Shown here piece after piece: positions 56,601-64,000 of a stretch of DNA of 64,000 nt. How positions within the stretch are numbered: position 1 is the stretch's first letter; each line of letters starts with the position of its first letter. Below the pieces are notes generated by a model. It saw nothing but the letters and a program-made list of their open reading frames with translations, was not told the origin of the DNA and did not search any database. Source of the stretch: Rhizaria sp. SCN 62-66 (Eukaryota); the NCBI GenBank assembly GCA_001724265.1, contig MEDY01000014.1, forward strand, positions 62,001 through 126,000, read 5' to 3'. The translations under genes were made by a program, and so were the position numbers.

Positions 56601-58263
56601 AGCCGCGGCAGCCTCGGCAGCCTCAGCCTCAGCCTCAGCCTCAGCCCTAGCAGCAGCAGCCTCCTCCTCAGCCTTGACGCGTGCAGCCTCAGCTTCGGCC
56701 GCAGCAGCAGCCTCGGCCTCAGCCTCAGTCTTCGCCTTGGCCTCAGCCTCAGCAGCGTCCTTGGCCTCAGCCTCCGCAGCCTCGGCGGCGGCCACAGCCT
56801 CCGCAGAGGGCTCCGGCGTGGCGGGGCTGAGAGGCGTAATCACCGGCGACGCCGCGGCTTCGGCCTCGGCGGCCTCGGCAGCGGCCGCGGCGGAGTCGGC
56901 GGAGACCGCCAGCGCGGCGGGCGCGACGACGACGGGCGCGACGACGACGGGCGCGATGGCGTCGAACAGCGACGGAACGCCTTCAGCAGCCGCAGCAGCA
57001 GCGTTGCCAGAGTGGGCCTGCAGCAGAGGGCTGTTGATCACGGCGTCGACGACGGCGGCATCAACCTCAACAGCGTTCGAGTTGGAGATGATGATGGGGG
57101 ACGAGCTCTTGCTGTCCTCGTTCTTGCCGTCGTTGTTCCTCTTGTCCTTCTTCTTCTCCTTCTTGTCCTTCTTGTCCCTGCCATTGCTCGGCTCAGTCGC
57201 AGTGTCGCCGGTCTCGCCACCGCGAGTCGGCTCACCGCGAGCGTCGCCTGTCTCCGCAGCAGTGTCGCCGCGCTTGGCGGGCGAGCCCGTGGCCGAAGTG
57301 GCCGCGGACCCCGTCGCGGAGCTCTGCGCGGACCGCGCGGCCGCCGCGGCCGCCGCGTTGGCGAACGACGCGGACGAGGAGGACCGCAGCATCGAGTCGT
57401 AGGAAGCTGTGCTCATGTGGAGCGCGCCGGGGGAGGCGTCGGCGGGCGCGGCCAGCAGCGAGGCCAGCGCGGCTGCAAAGCCGTCGTCGGGCGAGAGTTG
57501 CGGGGCCGTGGGGACGGTGACTTCGATCCAGGACGTGAGGCAAGAGAGCTTGCGGAAGCTGAAGGAAACGCCGCGGGAAGCATAGAGCCGGTTGAACTTG
57601 GAGAGAGTGGCGTGCAGCGCAACGTCCGAGTCCATGGCAAAGAGCGACGGGAGAATGCAGGAGAGGCCGAGGGTGAACGGGCAGCAGAGCGAGCTCGTCC
57701 ACAGGCACGGCGTGGAGGGGAACAGGGGCGCGACGGTGTGGTTGAGATCTGCGATGAGCACAGCCCACTCCGCCGGGGTCACATAGCTGTGGAAGGAAAT
57801 AAACGGGTCAAAAGGAGAAAAATAAAAGAGATTAGAGAAGATCAACGCATTAACCCGATCGTTGTAAAGATACATTTTCATTTGCGGCCATCATGGCCAC
57901 GACATCTTAGTGTGATGTAAAGTGCGGTCAAAGAACAGTAGAATCTTGCAAAGCGCAAGAGAGCTCAGTGTTTGCGTACCTCTAAAGGCCCTGATCCTTG
58001 GGGAAGGCCCACTGGTATTGGCTCCAGAGCCCGCACCAGCAGTCCGCGGCGTCGCTGTCGCGTGGGACAACGATGACGCGCGTGACCTCATCCTGCAGCG
58101 AGCGGCCAGACGGCGAGGCCGCCAGCAGCGACGACCGCTCCGTCGCCGTCGAGGGCAGACCGCGGCGCGACGCGGCTGCACTGCTCTGCGATGCGCCGGA
58201 GCGCGAGGAGGACGTGGGCACGCACACGTCCGTGCAGGACCCGATGCAACGGGTGAAGGGCAT
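53634..58263 (-). CDS. Erf4/golgin-A7-like domain protein with long A/E/K helical repeat; in-frame TAG at 57984-57982 (exons 58263-57980, 57786-53634)
   Basis: A phase-2 GTACGC...CACAG intron gives VIVVPRD...QYQWAFPKDQGL*SYVTPAEWAVLIADLN...CCPFTLGLSC...FNRLYASRGV...WIEVTV, matching the Erf4/GCP16 pattern. The remaining ~1380 codons are open. Confidence 0.75.
54990..56780 (-). repeat. Coding tandem repeats (AEAKAA, AEAKAQ and AAAKRKAEKEARRIAEEE units)
   Basis: 18-nt units such as (cagcctgcgcctttgcct)x5 near 56384-56473, many gcagccttggcctcagcg units at 55100-55490, and ~54-nt units at 55750-55925. Confidence 0.9.
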
Positions 58264-58975
58264 GGCGCCGGAAGCAAGTTACCAAGCGAGTGCAGGAGGG
58301 TACGAGGCGAGCTGTTAGGACGAAAACGGCAAGCTGAAAATGAAGAGAAAAATCATCTGGTTGTGAGCGACATAAAATGCAAGAGACAATTCAGAATGTA
58401 AAACGTCGTATAACAAACGCATCTTGCGCGTGACGTTAAGAAACAGGTCAGAAATCGAGTTGCAACAACAACTGCGCGCGAGTCCCCACCTGCTTTCGCC
58501 AACGAAGATCTGCCATGTCGTCTGGTCACTGTCACAGCGTCTTGAATCAACTAAAAGCAAGGACTTTCTTGTGTCATATGAACGCACTGAACTCAAAAAA
58601 ATGCAATATCATGTAAAACCAGTAGCATGATAATTGCATACGTGATTAAAATTGGTATAGTGTATTATCTTTGTACTCCTTGTCGTCCTCGCGGACCCTC
58701 CTGCCGTTCTCTAAATGTAATATAAACCACGCCGCCTACACACTGTGTGTCCATGCACACTCGCGGTGACCAGCCGGGGGCAACGCTCTCCGTCCGCCCG
58801 CCGCCGCCCCCCGCGCAGTGCGCGCCGCCGTGCGCCAATAGATAAGCCTCCTTCCGTTCCTTTCCCGCGCTCGCTTTACGTTTCTCTTCCGGTAGCTCGC
58901 ACACAGGAAAACTCTCAACACTAGTATAATATTGAATAATGTTAACTTTCTTCTGCTCGCCCCACGCATGCAAAC

Positions 58976-59587
58976 TTACGCGGACGCGGCCTCCTCAGCG
59001 GCGGGCGCGGCCTCCTCCTTGGCGTACTTGGGGCCCGCGGGGAGCTTGACGAGCGAACCACTGGCCTTGCGGGCCTTCTCCCACGCCTCGACGACGGGGA
59101 CGTCGCCGGGCAACACGCGCCAGTCGGGCTTACGCGTGCTGGCGAGGCGCTTCTCCGTGGGCTCGGTGACGCCGCGGAACGTCTCGACGCCCCACACCTT
59201 GGACGTGTTCTCGTTGTCCTTGACGCGCGTGATGACGGTGTAGCTGGGCTCGGCGTAGCGCGTCCAGTGCTCGCGGTACACGCGCATGCCCGTCGCGAAC
59301 TTGGCCGAGGGCCACGACGCCGGGGAGAGGTGGATGTCGGCGGGGACCTGCTCGGGCAGCGCCGGGTTCGCCGCGCGGGCCTCGGCCCAATGCGCGAGAC
59401 GCTTGCGGTGCAGCTGCTCCAGCAGAGAGCCCTCGCGGCCGATCGGGTTGCGCTCGAACACGATCGGGCCAGACTTCTTCGCCACGGTCTTGGAAGAGGA
59501 CTTAATCGCGAAGCTGCGCGCGGGCGCGGCGCACACAAGCGAGGCGGACGGGGCCGCGGAGACGAGGCGCTGAGCGGAACGGAACAT
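58976..59587 (-). CDS. MRPS34: Mitochondrial ribosomal protein mS34
   Basis: Presequence MFRSAQRL..., then FATGMRVYREHW...PSYTVITRVK...KVWGVETFRG...DWRVL, which fits the mS34 pattern. Confidence 0.78.
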   Translation of the reverse strand: MFRSAQRLVSAAPSASLVCAAPARSFAIKSSSKTVAKKSGPIVFERNPIGREGSLLEQLHRKRLAHWAEARAANPALPEQVPADIHLSPASWPSAKFATGMRVYREHWTRYAEPSYTVITRVKDNENTSKVWGVETFRGVTEPTEKRLASTRKPDWRVLPGDVPVVEAWEKARKASGSLVKLPAGPKYAKEEAAPAAEEAASA

Positions 59588-60330
59588 GCTCAGACGGGGA
59601 ACGCCTGCAGAGAGTGGGGACGAAGAGGAAAAAGATGGCGAAAGCGAGGAAGCATAGCGGGGTGAGGACACGTTGTGGGGGATAATTGTTCAATGTGCAT
59701 ATAGAACACGTAAATTACTCTCGTATATCACTGTTGTGGAATTACTGACAATCATTTCTGGTCTCTCTGAATGCTGCGAAGTGAGCCGTTCGAGGGACCT
59801 GGCGTCGTTCTTGTTGTACACCGCATTTTCGACTGGACTCGGTTCGCAAAAAGTCTCGACCGCCTCTCCCCACCACATCGCCGTTGGCGACGAGGACGTT
59901 ATCTTGCCCACTCCATATCCCGTTCCGCCCATCGTCAGGACACTTTATTGTTGCACGGATAGTCGTCAATTTTGCGTTTGTTTTGCTTTTCAAAACCTAT
60001 GCTCCCATCTTTATTATTGGAGTGTCAGGGCACGGTGAAAGCAGGGCAGTGGAATCTCACCTCAACCACCTCCTTCCTGATACCCCGCGACGTGCTCCAG
60101 ACCTGCGCACTTGCTTCTAACTTAAACAAGTCCTTCCGCTTCTACCTGTTCATGCGCGTTTCTATCTCGATGGCCTTATTTGTAGCTCATACTCTTCATT
60201 ACACCCGTCTTTACTACTCCGCTTTCCTCGAAAAGCTATCCTTAACACTTCACGATACTCGCCGCGCGCTCCGCGCTTTCATCTCCCACATCAATCCCTT
60301 GCAGCGCATAGCTCCGGCGCACGTAGCCTG

Positions 60331-63300
60331 ATGGCGTCCCTCTTTCGCGGCCGCAACGCCGGCGCTAGCAGCGCCAGCACTCGCTCGCACGCCGCCCCCG
60401 CAGCAACTGCGGCCTCACCTGAGACCACCGCTGCGTCTGCCATGACGCATGCCTCCGTCTCGGAATCGTCGCAGAATATGCCTGTGGAGGGCGTTTGGCA
60501 CGCAGTGCGTCTGTTCGACGACTCAGTCTTCCCTCCCGTGCGCATCACACGTCCCATCTGCCTCCCGACTGCGACTGTGTTCAGCAGTAGCCATAGCAGC
60601 AGTGATGGCAATGACAGTGACAGGACTGATGTTAGCGCTGCCTCATCGTCGTCATGCGTGCCTCAGATGGCGCTTCAACAGCAACAATTGTACTCTCAGT
60701 ATCCTCTGGTTGGGCCTGCTCGCCCGCCGGCTGACATCGCCACTGCTCTGCCTTACCCGTCGTCGTCATCATCATCATCGTCATCGTCGTCATCCTTTGC
60801 GTCCGCTGACTCTACGTCGTATCTCAAGGCTGACCCTGCGCCGCCTGTCGCTGAAGCTCCATCTTCACCGTTCGCAACACCCCATTTGGACGCAGATGCG
60901 CTGTGGGCGTCATTGGACTCGTCGTGGCTACTATACCAGTCAGAGTTACAGTCAGTAGAAGCAGAGGCTACGCTGCTGTCCGTGCCGTTTGACTCGACTC
61001 TCGGTCTGCCCTGGGCCATGGCCGCACCACAGCCGCAGCTGCAACTGCACTCGCGGTTACCTACACAGTCCCAGCCACAGCACCAGTCTCAGGGCGCTCT
61101 CGGCACGCGTCTGCTCTCGCTTCCCTTATCGCTACCCTCGCTCGCCGAGTGCCCCTTCACCGCCGTCTCCTTCACCCTCGGCGCACTGTACTTACTCGTC
61201 GTCGCCGGCAGCTTGCGCTACCTCTACCGCCTGCGCCGCTCCGCCGCCCGTCGCGCTCAGCGCTTCTTCCTGCTTTTGCTCCTCACGCAGGCCGTGGCGC
61301 GCGCCGTGTACTTCATCCTCTGGCCCACGGGAACCATCTCCCGCGGGTGCTCGCCATCCGACGCGTCATATGTGTCGTACGCGGCCGCCGCGCTGGGCAC
61401 GCTGCCGGGCCCAGTGCTGCTGCTTGCCTTCTCATTTTTTGTCTACTCCGTTAACGTCACGCTCAAACGCTTCCTGCTCCACGGGCTGCTCGAGGCGCGA
61501 CTCCGCGTCGCCGCTGCGGAGGCCGCGGCCGCTGCGTCCGCCTCGGCGGCGTCGGGGCTCGCGTCGCAGTCCTATGTGCACGCGCTGGGAGGGGCGTTTC
61601 AGCAGCAGCCGCACGCGTCGGCCTTCGCCGCTGCGGCGGCCGCAAATCAGGTACGCTTTCTTATAGTTGGTTATATGACACGCAGCGTGTGGACTATGGT
61701 GTTTCAACACGCTTTTATGGAAATGCCTTCTCTTTGAGATTTTGGACGAATATTGTAATTCGATATCTTAATTCCATCTCATTTTTCTTTCTTTCAATAT
61801 ATTCTTATCAATCTTGCTCATTTAACGCAGGACGACTTGGCCCGTGCGCAGGCCGAGGCCTCGCGCCGCCTGCTTAAGGGCGCCTTCGACCTCGGCGTCG
61901 GCATCGATCTCGACCTCTCGTTGCCCCCAGACGCCCTCACCAACCCCACCCCCAACGGCAACGGCAACGCTAACAGTGCTGCTGACTACGACGACGCCAA
62001 CAGCGGTGTCCATAGAAACGGCTTCGATGTCAACAGCAACACTGCGGCGCTGGGTCTCTCGTCCCCACAGCCGCTGCCGCTGCCCCAAGGCGCGCGCAGA
62101 CAGAGCGCGCAGCAGCAGCCGTTGTCGTACGCGTCGCAGTACAAGGGCGCGCGCGCCCCACTGCCCGCGCCGCCGCTGCCGCCGGTGCCCACGGTCTCTG
62201 GCGCCGTCATCCCCGCCTCGGCGATGCCGCACTCAGCCCTAATGCCGCCGCACTCGGGCTTGACGCACCACTTGCCGGTGCGCGCGCCGCAGGCCGTCGT
62301 GCTGCGCCTGCCGACCCACGCGCTGCTGCTCTCGCGCGCGCTGCCACCCGTGCTTGCTCTCGTCAACATCGCCACGTTCGTCTCCTCGATCGTGAACCTC
62401 GTGTACCGCCGCCGCGACCGCGACATCGCGTCCACGGCGTCGCTGGTTGCCGTGTGGACCACGTGCGCCGGCGTCGGCATCGTCGGCGTCGTCTTCGTCG
62501 TCCTGTCGCGGCTGCTCCAGCGCGCAGTCGAGCCGCTCTGGCGCTCCCGCGTGCGCCGCGCCCTCCGCCGCGGTCACCGCAAGCGCAAGCTGGCCGAGAT
62601 TATGCGCGGCTTCCTCGAGCGCGCCGGCCTCCGGTCCAGCGCGCGGCCCGCGGCCACCGCGGCAGCGGGCGCGAACGGCGAGGGACTGGACGCACCGCTG
62701 ACGGCCGTGTACGCCGGCGGCGGCGCAGACAGTGGGAGCTATGGTGACAGCGTTGATAGCGGCAGCGGCAGTGGATCTGATGAGGGCGCATACAGCGACG
62801 ACTTCAGCGATGATGACAGCGACGACGACGACGACGACGGTGACTTTGACACCGCGAACAGCCACAATCATCATCATAATCACTACTATCATCATCACCA
62901 TCATCATCATAATCGGGGTCGCTATAACGTTGGCGACGGAGATGAGTACGATGATCTTGACACGACCGCAAACGCCGTCATCTACGCCGGACCTCACGAG
63001 TACGCGCTCTCCTCAGTCTACTCCAACAACAACAGCAACAACAACAACAATAACAATAACAACGCCGGTGACGGCTATGATGACTACAGCTCGAGTGGCC
63101 AGTACGTCGTGAGCGGCATGTCGCGCTACCGCCCGCCGCACGTGCCCGTCGCCATGGCGGACGCCACGACGGACCCCCGCGCGCTGGCTTTCGCGCCGCC
63201 CATCTACGCCGCCGCCGACGCCGTCACTGCGGCCGCCAACGCCGCGGCGGCGGCTGCAGCAGCAGCGGCGGCTCACGGTCACTCCGCGGCAGGCAGTGCG

Positions 63301-64000
63301 CGCAGCGGGAGCTCAACCCCGCGGTCACAGCCCTCGCGTCCCGGCACGCCCTCGCGCGTTCACGACAATCAGAGCAGCCATCACAACAACAGCTACGCCG
63401 GCACCGGCGCCGGCGCGGGCGCTGCGCGTCCCCTCTCCCGCGCGAGCTCGAGCTCCCACTACAGCCACTCGCACTCGCATCATAATTCGCATTCGCACTC
63501 TCTGGCGCACACGCCGGCGCGCTCCCGCGCCCCCAGCCGCAGCCAGAGCCGCGGCACTGCCCCAGCCGGCGGTGGTTCGCACGCTGCCGCGCCGGGAGCC
63601 GGCACCGGAGGTGTGTACAAGTCCTCTCTGGGGAGTGCAGGCGCGAGCGGGCCCGGCAGCTTCACGCCCGCCGACGCCGCGGTGGCGCTGCTGGCACGCG
63701 CGCCGCTGGGGGTCGTGGCCGTGGCCGGCAGCGTCGGCGGCTGCAGCGACCCCGACGACAGCGACGGGGACGATGGCCGGGACAACATCCGTGCGGGTGA
63801 GGGCGACGGCGATGATGGAGACAGCGGCGAGAATGACGGCGACGACAGTGGCAGCGATGACGCCGACGATGGCAACGGTGACGAGACCGCTGGTCCTGTG
63901 TCGGCTGCGGTTGCCATGGCGCGCCACGTCAGCCAGGTCAGCCACGTCAGCAGCGCCAGCGGGGCCAGCAGCGCCAGCGCGGCCAGCGGGGCCGGCAGCG
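60331..64000 (+). CDS. THH1/TOM1-like multi-pass (GPCR-like) membrane protein with low-complexity insertions, 3' end off window (exons 60331-61650, 61831->64000)
   Basis: TM segments LGALYLLVVAGSL, RFFLLLLLTQAVARAVYFIL, LGTLPGPVLLLAFSFFVYS, and further TMs in exon 2. Phase-0 GTACGC...GCAG intron; frame open to the window end. Confidence 0.7.

Noticed and set aside
54990-56780. Resemblance of the AEAKAA repeats to bacterial TolA, or to a CRISPR/satellite array
   Set aside because: The units are in-frame multiples of 3 with no unique spacers, inside an intron-containing eukaryotic gene. The similarity is compositional only.
57787-57881. Start at 57881 (MKMYLYN...) that would avoid the in-frame TAG
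   Set aside because: It lies in AT-rich sequence bounded by GTACGC and a pyrimidine-CAG acceptor, so it is intronic, and it would drop the first part of the Erf4-like motif. Intron retention cannot be excluded without RNA data.
58690-58900. GC-rich patch downstream of mS34 as a possible ncRNA
   Set aside because: Only short stems are visible, with no recognisable boxes or terminator. Probably 3'UTR.
36351-59587. Apparent cluster of mitochondrial genes (ATP3, bL21m, ABC1 kinase, mS34)
   Set aside because: They are interspersed with unrelated genes on both strands, and 4 of 20 is compatible with chance.

Overview
Gene-dense eukaryotic nuclear DNA, probably from a unicellular protist (lineage not determinable here), with GC-rich, Ala-rich exons and AT-rich introns and spacers. 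I resolve 20 protein-coding genes, two of them truncated by the window edges: a low-complexity protein, an Ariadne RBR E3 ligase, calcineurin A, a Pol5/MYBBP1A homolog, MANF/ARMET, an M20 peptidase, a 1836-aa RRxS/RPxSA-repeat protein, a HAM1/BPI-like protein, a 4-TM claudin-like protein, riboflavin kinase, TFIIH p34/Tfb4, mitochondrial ATP synthase gamma, a lamin-like intermediate filament protein, a divergent AAA+ ATPase, NTH1, mitochondrial bL21m, an ABC1/ADCK kinase, an Erf4/golgin-A7-domain protein with a long EAK helix, mitochondrial mS34 and a THH1/TOM1-like membrane protein. Fourteen coding introns (136-227 nt) were mapped by hand, and 13 begin GTACG. The main leads are (1) an in-frame TAG inside the spliced, otherwise intact Erf4 domain while none of the 18 complete genes ends in TAG, suggesting UAG sense reassignment or recoding, (2) a lamin with lamin-length rod and LTD but no CaaX, (3) a 3' splice-acceptor-like signal just upstream of most start codons, and (4) structured RNA elements in and beside the ATP synthase gamma gene. 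I saw no rRNA, tRNA, CRISPR or mobile element. All family calls come from motif recognition, not database searches.
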